From the NCBI RefSeq assembly GCF_964355755.1, contig NC_092677.1:16886101-16950100 (forward strand): DNA of 64,000 bases, written 5' to 3'. Source of the stretch: Antedon mediterranea. Taxonomy: Eukaryota > Animalia > Echinodermata. The translations under genes were made by a program, and so were the position numbers. Positions within the stretch are counted from its first letter, which is position 1, and the number at the start of each line of letters is the position of its first letter. Positions 1-13,100 of this stretch are shown piece after piece. The notes below the pieces were generated by a model. The model was not told the origin of the DNA, searched no databases, and saw only the letters and a list, made by a program, of their open reading frames with translations.

Positions 1-559
1 TGTGTACGTTTGAACAATTTTGGCGAAGCTTCTTGTAGATGTTGATGTACATAAATATTTTACAAATCATTATTAGAAACGTTGTAAAAGAAATAATAAA
101 AAAAGATAAATCCATTTCTGCTGCAAAAAAAACTACTGCAGAAACAGAAACAGGGCCTTTGTGGCATTTTTTAAATATTATCACTACTAAATTTATATTC
201 TATTCGCATCTATTGAATATCAATTTAGAACATGTAAAAAACATCCTAATTGATAAAAAAAAAAGCAATGACTTTTCTATTTGTAATATTGTTTTTAATA
301 TATAATGCATACTGTCATAATTTGTGGGTTGTGTCGATCATGGTATCTGTGATAGTGTTATTAAGTCCTTTTAAAGCCCTTGTTCACAATAATTTTGAGG
401 CTTAATTAAAATTATCAAAACCATTTTGATTTTCTTCTGCAATGGAACATGTCAATTTTAAATCAAATGTGTTTTGTACATTGTACACTTTTAAGAGAGG
501 TGAATACAATTGGAATTTGAATATAATAAATAAGAATAATCATAAATAATACATCTTAA

Positions 560-750
560 CAGAACCAACTAGGTGTTTAGCAGAACCAACTAGGTGTTTA
601 GCAGAACCAACTAGGTGTTTAGCAGAACCAACTAGGTGTTTAGCAGAACCAACTAGGTGTTTAGCAGAACCAACTAGGTGTTTAGCAGAACCAACTAGGT
701 GTTTAGCAGAACCAACTAAGTGTTTAGCAGAACCAACTACGTATTAAGCA
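560..750. repeat. 21-bp minisatellite (CAGAACCAACTAGGTGTTTAG) x ~9
   Basis: Near-perfect head-to-tail copies starting at 560, 581, 602 ... 728 (last one degenerate); no spacers. Confidence 0.95.
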
Positions 751-1335
751 CTTTGGTATTACCTTGCCTTTTGTTTTCGCAGAAAGTTAAATAAATAAAT
801 AAAATCTTATATTTTTGTTGATGTATTTTGCAAACTGATTATTTGGACTTATTTTTTGACTTATTTAAGAATAAAGATCTTTGCTTCTGTACAGTGAATG
901 AAGGCTCCCGTTAAAAAGCGAATTCACGAAATTATATTTATATAAAGCATACTACCTGTCAAATCAATTTTTATGCATATAAATAATTATTTCCTGCCCA
1001 TAATACACAACGTTTAATGAGCAAACAAATCATCCTGGCCAAAACAGAAACATATGGAAACAAATCGTAGAAAGCGTAATGTCGGAATGACCGACAACGT
1101 TTCAGGAGAAAGAGAGAGGTGTATAGGAATTACCCATGTAGAGTATATTTAATTTGTCTCCTTGTTAAGTAGAACATGCACAGTAATTCATGAAATACTC
1201 TCTCATAAACATTCATTATTTGTAAATTAAGTGGTCTGTTAAAAACTAAGAACTGATTGATTGTTCAGTGAGCACAGCTGGATATGCCCACCTGTAATAA
1301 ACATAGCCTCCTTGACGAAGGTAATACACTGTTAA

Positions 1336-1585
1336 ATACCATCCAATCCAGTCACACTACCATTCAATCCATTCACACTATCATTCATTCCAGTCAGATC
1401 AGACTGCCATCCAATACAGTAGGCCTAACACTACTATTCAATCCAGTCAGATGAGACTACCGTCCAATCCAGTAACAACACTACCATCCAATTCAGTAAC
1501 ACTATACCATCAAATCTAGTCACACTACCATCCAATCCAGTAACACTACCATCCAATCCAGTCACAGTACTACCATCCAATCCAG
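1336..1585. repeat. Degenerate ~21-25 bp tandem repeat (CCATCCAATCCAGTCACACTA-like)
   Basis: About 10 imperfect copies of ccatccaatccagt(c/a)acactac. Confidence 0.85.
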
Positions 1586-3019
1586 AGGTTTTCGGAACTA
1601 TAGATAGATGCCATGTGTTGGGTATGGCCAGATGAAAGAAGCTATAGTGATAGCATGGTTATATCTGAAATAAGAAAGAATGAAATCTATATTAAACATC
1701 TTTCTGATATGAAGATTTGGGGGCATGAGTTACAGGTTAATGCTAGTTTTGGACAATAATTACAAGAAAAAAAATTATCCTACCATAAGGGAAAAAAAAT
1801 GGGAAAAAAGCGTAAGAAAGAGTAATGCACTTTTACTTTTGTTTAAAACACATTCAGCGCCGTGCTAATTTACTTTTTATTAGAGGTCACCATTGCCATT
1901 GTCGTTGCTGTCTGTAAATTTCTAAGAGTTGCGAAATGAATTGCCTATTTTCACCTGAAACGCATTTTGGTCCCTGGATGTAACATGATATTGACGCGTG
2001 TATCGCGTACCGTACCCATACTCGAGGCACGATCGATTCGTACAAAGGACACCGCCATACAACCGCGTAGGCCTACCCATTGTTTAGATCGCTGGCAGTC
2101 AGCAAGCATAAATAAAAGTGTATATACGTCAAAATTGGCACGGCGTGGTTACCTACAGATCATCATTATAGAGGATAATAATGTTAATAATAATATAGTA
2201 TTAGTAGACAAGTTCTATTTCCTCTGAAATATGGTGCAAGAAGCATTTTTGGGTAGAAGCTGGGATCCACTTGATTTAGGATATTTCAACCTCGCTGATT
2301 ACGAAAATGGCGGATCCTACGCGAAATTCGGCCATCTAAGCCCTTAATTTGCATAATTAAAAATGGCGGCCATTTTTTATAATTACCCTATATCTCGAGA
2401 ACCACTAGTCAATTAATTTTGGTGTCAAAATGTTTTAAATATATGATTTTATATTCACTTTAATGACACATTTTGTCAAAAAATGGATGCAAGTCTTATT
2501 TCTGAGATTTTGACCTTTGACCTTGATTTATCGTATCTCGGTAACCAATAATCGGAGAGACACGAAATAGGGCTCAAATTGGTTCAATATATATTGCCCT
2601 ATGGCCCTAATACAAAAAAAAAAAAAAAAATAACTATAACTTAAGATAATGGTTTCTTCTTTCAAAAGCAAAGTAGACGTATTTTCCTAAATTATAAGTA
2701 AAATTTGTGTTGGAAAGTAATACACATAGCTTATTAATAGAAGGAAAAACATTAATCAAATATAATAATAACTCTGAAAATGTTGGTCTTATGACATTTT
2801 TTTTATTTTTAAATTGTTTAAAACATGTGTTTCTATCCAGTCTAATGGCACATTTTGTACAAGAATGGCCGATAGTATGGTTATTGACCTTTGAACTACA
2901 GCATATGCCTACTGCATAATAAATATAATATAATTGCATAATTATGAAATTATTTATACACAATAATAATTAGTAAAATTATAAAATTCACTGTCATCAA
3001 ATATGATGTGTTATGATTT

Positions 3020-3670
3020 ATATAGATTTAAAAAGATTGAACACGCAAGTTACATTTGGAAATTACCTGCCATCAATATGATGGAGTATGATTATAGATT
3101 TTTTTTAATGTGAACATGTCAGCTACATTTGGAAATTACCTGCCATCAATATGATGGATTATGATAATAGATTTAAAAAAGAATTTGAACATGTAAGCTA
3201 CATTTGGAAATTACCTGCCATCAATATGATGGATTATGATAATAGATTTAAAAAAGAATTTGAACATGTCAGCTATATTTGGAAATTACCTGCCATCAAT
3301 ATGATGGATTATGATAATAGATTTAAAAAAGAATTTGAACATGTCAGCTACATTTGGAAATTACCTGCCATCAATATGATGGATTATGATAATAGATTTA
3401 AAAAAGAATTTGAACATGTCAGCTACATTTGGAAATTTGGAAATACCTGCCATCAATATGATGGATTATGATTATAGATTTTAAAAAAAAATGTGAACAC
3501 GTAAGCTACATTTGAAAATCACCTGCCATCAATATGATGGATTATGATTATAGATTTAAAAAAGAATTTGAACACGTAAGCTACATTTGAAAATTACCTG
3601 CCATCAATATGATGGATTATGATTGTATAGGTTTAAAAGAAAATGTGAACACTTAAGCTATATGTGGAAT
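3020..3670. repeat. 75-bp tandem repeat x ~8.5
   Basis: Unit gaacatgtcagctacatttggaaattacctgccatcaatatgatggattatgataatagatttaaaaaagaattt; central copies nearly identical, edge copies diverged. Confidence 0.95.
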
Positions 3671-3717
3671 GAACATGTTAAGGGCCGGCATCAGTCTTAA
3701 TCATTCATGCAAAGGTT

Positions 3718-4041
3718 TCAGTCATCTTTAGCGTTGCATAAAGCTGCACATGGTAGTTTTGTCTTCTTGCACCTAAATCTATTGGTTATGTATCGTGTCT
3801 TGCATCCACAATAAATCATCTCTAACGAAGCAGTAGGAATAGCTTCATTTTTCAGAAGCACTGGTTGAAGTTTACCATTAGATAGCTCCCAACTGAAATC
3901 TGTTGGTGATGGCAAATGCTGGATTGGCGATACAGCTTTTTTCCATACGAGTGCTTGGGAGTCTGATCTTTTTATATGCTGGTGCACTGCATCGCTTGTT
4001 GGAGGTAATGCCTCTGAAGATGACGTTCTTTGTGACGTCAC
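3718..4041 (-). pseudogene. Transposase C-terminal fragment (Cys-rich CXC-like), decayed
   Basis: LPPT..A...H..R...Q...W motif and a partly degenerate Cys cluster; no upstream continuation. Confidence 0.65.
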
Positions 4042-5866
4042 AGGTCTTTTAAAATAAAATCATAAAATTCACTTTTTGGCTCAGATATATAAGGTTTTCG
4101 TATGTTTTTCAGCTTTTCCTATCCTCTTGAAACCATTCTAAGACGTTCTATGCGAAAACATGTCAAAATGTGGGCTGCAACATACATTTCTGGAGAAATT
4201 TAGATAATTACCTGATTTTTCACTACGAAAGTAATTGAGAGTGTCCGTTAAAACCCAGTCGTGTGCAGCGACCGTTTATTTAAGATGGCCGTATTTCAGT
4301 AGCTGGAATCCCATCTGCAAAATCTGCAAATAATTCATACCTAGCATGCCATCCATCAAGCTACAAACAACATTTATAAAATGATAATTATTATTGATAT
4401 TTTACTAAACATATATTAATATTTTTAATTAAGGCCGTTAATGTTTGTCATTAAAATGGTTATGTGTAGCCGTGCATATCCATCCGGATTTGATATTAGG
4501 GACAATTCTGACCATCAGATTAAGAAAGAAGTGTAGTCATTGGACTGGTTAAGACGCGACAAGATTAATCATCCGATCTGTCTCATGTGATTGGTCATGT
4601 GCGTTTAACAAAGCAAATTAAAAGGCTGAAATGTGAATCTACTAACAGTCTGTTAAATAATGTCTATTTTGCTGTTAAATAATGTCTATTTTGTTTTAAA
4701 GTTCAATTCATAGTCAAATGAAACAAACATGGCACAAACGATTTTGGATGCATTCAAAAACAATTTAATTCAATATGTCATCAAATTTGAAATTCAATAA
4801 ATATTAATATAATTTTAAACAATGAAGAGGAATTTAGTACATAACTCCTGTCGTGTCATTTTCTTATAAGGAGAATATTAAATGATTACTACAGTATTAT
4901 ACGCTACAAGGCCTTATTCAATTTCATATAGCTAGTGATGGAAACCTCGTAGTCTTATTTACATAATTTTAGGTTTAGGGCCAAAAGTACCAACATTTAT
5001 CAGAAGAAGTTTGCCGAAAAATGGATGTTCTAAATTTGCAAAATCTGACCTACGACCGACGTCAAGGACTTTATTTTACAATAAATAAGTGCTTTTTGTA
5101 ATTTTCTGATTTGTTCCATTGTTTTCGGCTAAATTGATTAAATGTTTCAATTGCTATTTATTTTTGTTGAATTCTGTTCAATGCTATTGCATGTACAGTA
5201 TTTAGTTTGGGAGAAATAAAGAGCATTGTGTAGGAGTGCACTAACATACCGCGTTTGAATAGCTTTTCTAATTACTGCAATACTCTATATTATATATATT
5301 GCTACTACTACCGTTAGTTTCCCATCAACAAAAAACTTTCAACAATTAAAGAGTGCACTTGTCTGCATAACTCTTTTGAATGTTTTCACTGCAACAATAT
5401 GTTTAACCATGTAAATCGTGTAAATAATTATAATATATGGAAACGATATTTCAACTGATACGATTAATACTGTGATGTAGCAAACTTTTAACGTTGTTGG
5501 TGTTTAGTAGCCTACCTGTTATTCAAATAAAATCTGTACATAATAAATTGTAATTGTCAAAAGCAAAAAACTCACGTTTACAATGCTATTCCGCTTCGAG
5601 AATATAGATCGACAGAGTGCATCTTCCGTTCTGTCCAATTCAAAATGGCGGTTTCCAGGCCTACTATTGAAAAATTTTTAAAGAAATATTTTTAAAATAT
5701 ATTTTGCAATTTGAATAATCATTTGAACTAGGTCTACTTCTTTATCTCGCACAATGGATTGGTAGTGGGAATAATAAAACACAGTTCGTTACATAGCTTC
5801 CATAGTTTTAAAAAAAGAAAATAATTACATACATTTCTCTACGATTTGCATTTGGGCGTATCGTAA

Positions 5867-6032
5867 AGGTCAATTTACAAAGATGAGCGGTAACAGTAGC
5901 GGAAAACTGCGTAGCTTGTCCCGATTGTAAACGGGACATGTCCGCTCCGCGTTCTGTAAATGGTCATAAGGAATAACATAGGTAGACTCTATACTTGTAT
6001 TACTGTTACCGCTCGTCTGTGTAAATTGGCTT
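5867..6032. mobile_element. PIF/Harbinger-type MITE
   Basis: ~32-bp imperfect TIRs (aggtcaatttacaaagatgagcggtaacagta / tactgttaccgctcgtctgtgtaaattggctt) with TAA on both sides (5864-5866, 6033-6035). Confidence 0.75.
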
Positions 6033-6279
6033 TAATAGTATTGAAGGCGGACAAATAGGTAGAGGCCTATTGTATTGAATACTGTAGGCCTACTCATTGT
6101 AATGTTCTTGTTTTATTTTGTTATACCATAAAACTGCGCAAACCCGTGTCCAAATATTGCGGTTAATTGGCATTGGCCAATTTTACACAATGATAAAACA
6201 ATTCAAACCTTACACTGAGTACACCTGTACAAAGTACACATTATACACCAATAATGTACATTATAATGTACGTACCGTA

Positions 6280-6281
<2 letters not shown>

Positions 6282-6326
<45 letters not shown>
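6282..6326. repeat. (TA)n microsatellite
   Basis: About 22 uninterrupted AT units. Confidence 0.97.
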
Positions 6327-6330
<4 letters not shown>

Positions 6331-8644
6331 CGCAGAGTACTTCTGTACAAGTGCACATTATAGCAAATTTGGGAAACTAAATTATAGTTTATACACAATA
6401 CCATCTGGAGTAACCCGGACTCCACTACAAGGACATTGAATCCCGAAATAGCCAAATAACAATTAAGAATTAAATTATTTAAGGTGTGTAGATCACAGTA
6501 GTAGCATAAATATATAATACATAAATAAGCAATAATTACTAAGGTATTTTGTTATTGAGAGTAAGGTACCACGGCAGTGGCTGGTATTAAATATATAATA
6601 AATGTTAACCGATGTATTACTGTACTTATATGGTGTTGTGTATAAAACATTTCATAAATGTAGATTATGTTGTACGAACCGTAGATAAATATAGCAGCCA
6701 ATACACACAATATCTGATCTGTTAAGCCTATACAGTGTCGGCTACTAGCAATGAAGATATGCGATCAAGCCTACGCACAGCATTTAAGCGTCCCCAAATT
6801 CACCTTTATGTAAATTTGTCACGTCACAGCATTATTCAAAATCAATTGAGTATGTCCAACATCACCTTTATGGAAATTAGTCACGTCATAATATTACAAC
6901 AATGCATACAACGAATTTGATTTAGGCCTGGCTTGATAGTTATGTAACCAGCTTTTTAACTAACAATGGTTGACTATAGCAATAAAACAACAACGCCAAA
7001 ACAAACGAGTGAATTAGAAAAGGAATATGTTATTAAAACTCCTCGTATCAAAAAATCGGTACATTAAATCAAATTATGTTTTAATATTACAAATTACAAC
7101 TCTTGCCTCTTGTACAAAAATGAAGGTTTTTGGACATCGAGTAGTTCTCGCGAAAATGCAATTTCAGTTTCTTACTTTAAGACTTCGGACCCTGGTCCGG
7201 ATTGCCTTGCCTTGAACACATATCTATCTGTATTTCATTTTGGTAAAGATCTTGTAATAACTTTTTAACACTCGCAATCCATTACATATCCTTGGCGAAG
7301 GTAAATTAACGCAATACTACGTCATCAATAGTACAGTATTTTGGTTTTCTCTTTCGTTGGGGTCACCCACATTTATTCGTTCTGTTATACGGTACCTTAT
7401 ACAAATATATATATTATACATAATTTTTTGTAAAAATATAAAAACAAAAAATTCAATAAAGGAGTTAAAAAGGCACTATATCTATACATGTACATAAAAT
7501 CAATGTAGTAAAAGTATGCTTTAAAAACGTACTATGGTTATTGCAAGTTACAAGGGCAACTATTTACCATTTAAATTTACTCTATATTAAGAAATGTATT
7601 CAAAAGTAGCCAACATTTTGGTTTGATTCATTTTACATTTAGAGCAAATTGTTTCTTTTATTACATTTTAAATTAGTACACACAATCTGTATGTTTCTGT
7701 ATTTGTTTTGACCTTATATTACATCCATTACAAGTATATACAGTACATCCATACACACATCATTAATAGACCTATTTACCTTCACCAATCAGTTTAACAT
7801 AGTTTCTATATTATATGCTACATTTTTTGTCTTGGCCTTGTATTAGGCCTACATTTGTTTCATTCCACTATTTCTAAACCTTAAAATTCTGTTCTTACTA
7901 TGTTAGCCATTTACATTTGTTTGTTTACTTATATGTTATAGTACAGTATTTTACAAAATGGTCAAAGAAACTGTCACAATTCAAATTTAAAATCTTAGTT
8001 ATAAAATCATTGTTATTATATATATTTATTAACTGCTACATACAGTCGTGTACCAGTATAGTAACACCGACGCATGCCATTCACCGGTGGAATTTAAAAA
8101 AAAAACATTTTATTTTACATTATTTTCACTGGCTAGCTAACTGTCACATTTCTGTTTTGGCCCATGGTTTCTTTTAGGTAGACATACGGTATATAGACTA
8201 GATAAACTTATTTTAACTTTTTAGTCCTCCACCTTAAATAAAAATAGAAGCTTGAAAATTATTTCATAATTTAAGTAGTCTTACTATGTTATACAATGCG
8301 TCAAATATGGGCGAATATTTTAAAAAAATTACATAACACTGATTTAAATTTCCAATTTTAAATAAATTGTTTAAAAAATGACCATATATCAAAGATGTCT
8401 ATAATTTAATTATTAATTTCTGTAAAATAATAGAAATATGAATAGAATAGTTACAATTTCTATATTAAATAGATACATGAAATTCAATACATATAGTAAT
8501 ATTAATTAACTAACAAACATATCAACATTAAACACAATCACCAAAAGTCTGTACCTGCCATAAATTTAGATAACAATAATTTAAATTTTTTTTTAAATGG
8601 TCACAAATTCGAGATGTCTCAAGTTATTACCAATTGTCCCGGGT

Positions 8645-9546
8645 GCGATTTTTTTTTTCGTACATAAGTTGGGGACCCCCTCATGAAACGTCACAAAATA
8701 AACATGAATAATTCATCAGTTAAATTTTCTTGTTCCGTGTGCACCCAAGCGTATAGCAACAAGAAGTGATTACACAACTGCGATACGATACTTTTACAGT
8801 AGGCCTAGGATTCTAAGTCAATTCACGTGATTGCCTTCGCGCACTCTTCTTCACCACACACACACACACCACTATGCAAAATGTGTCGAGTCGAGGCTAA
8901 TCGACTGCTAGGCAAGACATTACACTAAGTAGTAATTCATTGGACATAGCCCAAAGAAAGCTTAGACCCACAAGAATAAAGAATGTGTATAATTTGTGTA
9001 CTGTATTTTTTTAATTCTGCTATTTTATTATCAAACAATATGCATGTAATCAAAGGAACTGCGCGTATATGAACACATGAGATGGGAAGGTTAGACCCAC
9101 GAGAATAAAAAATGTATTTTGGTGTAATGTTTATTGTTTAATTTTGCTGACTCTAACACACACACGTCACACACACCAACACAGCTACTACTAGAATAGA
9201 CATGGGTTTAGAGAATAGTAATTAGGCCTAATAGTATCAATAGAAACTATAATTTTAACACGTAATTCTTTAGTAATAAATTATATTAAACACACCATAA
9301 ACTAAAGGCTGATTATTTCGACAATCCACACAAAACGCCGCTATTCTATTATGAAATCGCACGCGGCAACCACAGCGGAGATAGGCCTAGAATCGTACCG
9401 CACTTGTGTAAACTACTGTAATCACTTCTTGTTGCTATACGCTTGGGTGCACACGGAACAAGAAAATTTAACTGATGAATTATTCATGTTTATTTTGTGA
9501 CGTTTCATGAGGGGGTCCCCAACTTATGTACGAAAAAAAAAATCGC
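8645..9546. mobile_element. Non-autonomous DNA transposon with 130-bp TIRs and 9-bp TSD (Mutator-like)
   Basis: 8645-8774 is the reverse complement of 9417-9546; GTCCCGGGT is duplicated at 8636-8644 and 9547-9555. Confidence 0.88.
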
Positions 9547-10114
9547 GTCCCGGGTTGATAAAATAATTATAATTGTATCATTAAATAGACATACTAAAAA
9601 GATTTGACTAACAAGTGTAGTAATATTAAACGGCATCAACAATGTGTACAGTAAATTACAGTTTTCTAAGAAATCTCATTTTTATTACTAACTATTACTA
9701 CGCTTAATTGTAATACAACTTAAGCAATTGAAATGTTTAAAAGTAGTCAATTTGTTAAGTGTTACTGTAATTATGTTACCGATAATGTTGAATAAATTAA
9801 TCCTGGTATCGTTATTAATGGTTTAATGGTTTTAAATTTATATAGCGCAAAATACAAATAGTATATATTATCAATATACTCTCACTTTTAAAATATATTG
9901 GTAGGATGGATTGTTACATTTTTTACAGAAGAATTGCAAATACAGATAATAAATGTTTACAAGAAATGAAAACCTATTAAGAATAAACTTAAGTAAGCAA
10001 TTTACACTGTGTTGGATCGACTAAACAAGGGATGACAGAAAGTACTGCACTACACAGTACTTTGAACCAAATTAAAGTCTTTTTTTAGCACAAAGGGTAA
10101 GGTTGCTGTACAAC

Positions 10115-13100
10115 TTATAGTATTGTGTATTTAGACTTGTTGTCTAGTTTTATTTCCTTTTCAAGCAAAAATTTATTGAAATAACTTTGTACACGGGATA
10201 ATACTTTAGCATTCTCTATCACAGACAGATTTGGTGTGTATGCAATAATACTCAATAATGTGTTGACTTCTCTCTTTGATTTAAACTTTGTACCCTTCAA
10301 GTCTAAAGTATGAAGATTGACATAACATACACCGTCTTTCCATAGAGCACGGGCCCACCTTTCCAGAAAGTACATTTGGTCTTTTGTTGGAAGAGGTTGG
10401 ATTGTCAACTTTTTTATTTGAGGAAGATCTACAAGCAATCTTGGAAAAGAAGGCAGATCGATTTGTCTATTAACATGAGTATTAATATCTGTCAAACTTG
10501 TCAAACGCAGTCTGGAAGGACTAAGACAGACTTCATCATACAAATTCCAAACTGACTTTAATTCACATGCCATATTTTTGTACTGCTCATCTTCAAATGG
10601 TAATAACCATTCATTTCCGTAGTGCCCAGGCCTGCTGCCAATTGACAAGTTTGTGCATTCATGTTTCATGTAACCAGTTTGTTGACAAGCAATTTCTGTT
10701 ATGTCTTCTAGTACGTCTTTTGCCTTTTCGTCCACATCTGTTTCTTCTATAAAAGCAATGTTTTTGTACTGCTCATCTTGAAATGTTAATAAACCTCTAG
10801 GACTGTTTCTTTCTTCTAAGTTGTAGTGCTCGGGCCTACTGTAAATTGGTAAGTTTGTGCATTCATGTTTCATGTAACCGGTTTGTAGACAATGACCTTC
10901 TGGTGTTATGTCTCCTAATACGTATTTCGAATTTTCCTCCACGGCTGTTTCTTCCATAAAAGTATTGTTCTTGTACTGCTCATCTTGAAATGAATTTAAG
11001 CCTTCAGGAGTGTTTCTTTCTTCTAAGTTGTAGTGCTCAGGCCTACTGTAAATTGGTAAGTTTGTGCATTCATGTTTCATGTAACCGGTTTGTAGACAAT
11101 GACCTTCTGGTGTTATGTCTCCTAATACGTATTTCGAATTTTCCTCCACGGCTGTTTCTTCCATAAAAGTAGTGTTCTTGTACCGCTGATCTTGAAATGA
11201 ATTTAAGCCTTCAGGAGTGTTTCTTTCTTCAAAATTGCATTGCTCATGCCTACTGTCAATTGGCAAATTTGCGCATTCATGTTTCATGAAACCGATTTGT
11301 AGACAAGGACTTTCTGGTGTTATGTATTCTAATACGTATTTTTCCTTTTCATCTACAGCTGTTTGTTCCATAAAAGCAATGTTTTTGTACTGCTCTTCTT
11401 GAAATGTTAATACTCCTTTAGGAATGTTTTCTGCCCCTAAATTGTAGTGCTCAGGCCTACTGTCAGGTGGCAAATTTGCGCATTCATGGTTCATGTAACC
11501 CGTTTGTAGACAGGGACTTTCTGATTTTATGTCTTCTAATACATATTTTGCGTTTTCATCTACAGCTGTTTTTTCTATAAAAGCAATGTTCTTGTACTGC
11601 TTATCTTGAAATGTTAATAAGCCTTCAGGAGTGTTTCTTTCTTCTAAATTGCAGTGCTCAGACCTACTGTCATTTGGCAAAGTTGCGCCTTCATGTTTCT
11701 TGTAACCGGTTTGTAGACAATGGATTTTTGATTTGATGTCTTCTAATACGCATTTTTCTTTTTCATCCACATCTGTTTCTGCCATAAAGTCTATGCTGTC
11801 TAGATCCTTAAAGCATTCTGCTGATCTATCAAGCAACGTTGCCACATTTCTCAGGAATTTACAATTACCACCTTCATCGAATCGAATTCGTTTTACCCAC
11901 AATAAATTTATCAACATAGAAGGATCTTTTCCAAGTTTGATATGAACATTTTTGAAGGCTGGAGAACTAGGTGCCAGTTGCATTAATATGATGGAATTGG
12001 ATGTTACGACCACATCATTAAAATGAATTGATACAGATTTCAAAATTTCGAATGATTTTGAACTGCAATTTAAATCTAAAAACTTCAACTTCATTTGTTT
12101 CTCCGAATCCTCCTCCAACTCCTGTAGAAGACTCACTGGGTTCAGTTTTTCATCCAGGTTGATAGTTTCAATATTTGGAAACTTTAACAATGCTGCTGCT
12201 ACTTTTTCAACTAACGAACATTCTGTTAAATCCGCAGCCTCGATCATATTCATATTAACTGAGCTAGAGAATGTAGCCAAAGATGTACAACTTGCGTCAT
12301 TAAGAATGGCTTTATCTGCCATTAGCTTATTGACAATATCGGTCACTTTTGGAGAATTTACTGACGAGTAACTGTGTAAACACACAGCAGATGGCACAAG
12401 CTTCCTTATTTTATCTCGGTCAAGAGCTCTTTGGTGACTTAAGACATCATCCCAATATGATAGAACGATAACACCTTGTGTGGTTTCTATCAGCTCACAA
12501 CAAGCAGCTTTTGAATTTTTGTGAGATACTGTTTTGGTTGTTGGTGATGCTAGACTAAATTCTGGTACAGAAAAGGTTTCAACTGGAACATAGGAAACAG
12601 AGAGTGGAGTGTATGGCTCCAAACATGCTGCGCTCTTGGGGTTATTAGTACACCTCCCAACATCAATTTGCAAAAATACTGACAATTTTACATTTGACAA
12701 AGGTTGCATTTTATGAAGAACATACTTTCCATATGCGAATGTTCTGTAGTATCTAGGATAAAACAGCTTTAAAACCTGGTATGGTACAATTATCCTTTCT
12801 AGTCTCTTGAGTTCAGAGAAAATATTAACAATATTTTCCGAAATTTTATCTCTTGTTACAGTTAATTGACTTATGTCTAGGACCTGAACATGTTCAAGAA
12901 ATCCTTTTTTACAAGTGTGACGGCTAACTGCTCGTAAAAACCTTGTTGAAGCCAATGTATTCATTTTGACCTGTAGCACGAGATCATTTAACTTTTGGAA
13001 CATCATGAGCATTTCAACAACCATCTCTGAAACCTCAACATCTTGGAAATCAGCAACTATTGATAACTTTTCCAGGGAGACACATCTTCTTTTACTACTG

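Larger units (their letters stand above)
2254..4045 (-). mobile_element. Academ-like DNA transposon remnant (one terminus, internal minisatellite, transposase C-terminus)
   Basis: ORF 3718-4041 reads LPPTSDAVHQHIKRS..Q..VW...LPSPTDFSW...CGCK...CKK.KLPC..LC, resembling the XPG-like tail plus Cys-rich end of Academ-type transposases. A TAG-starting, terminus-like segment begins at 2254. The second TIR was not found. Confidence 0.5.

Noticed and set aside
560-750. CRISPR-like array
   Set aside because: Contiguous repeats with no unique spacers, eukaryotic context and no cas genes.
1586-2000. Possible minus-strand exons (acceptor ~1668, donor ~1953)
   Set aside because: No convincing reading frame or recognisable product; could be UTR but cannot be supported.
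3151-3471. 106-aa repetitive ORF
   Set aside because: Produced by a 75-bp tandem repeat; neighbouring units carry frameshifts.
5570-5660. Possible first exon of an NLR paralog (weak likeness to 25860-25900)
   Set aside because: Similarity is limited to a few short words.
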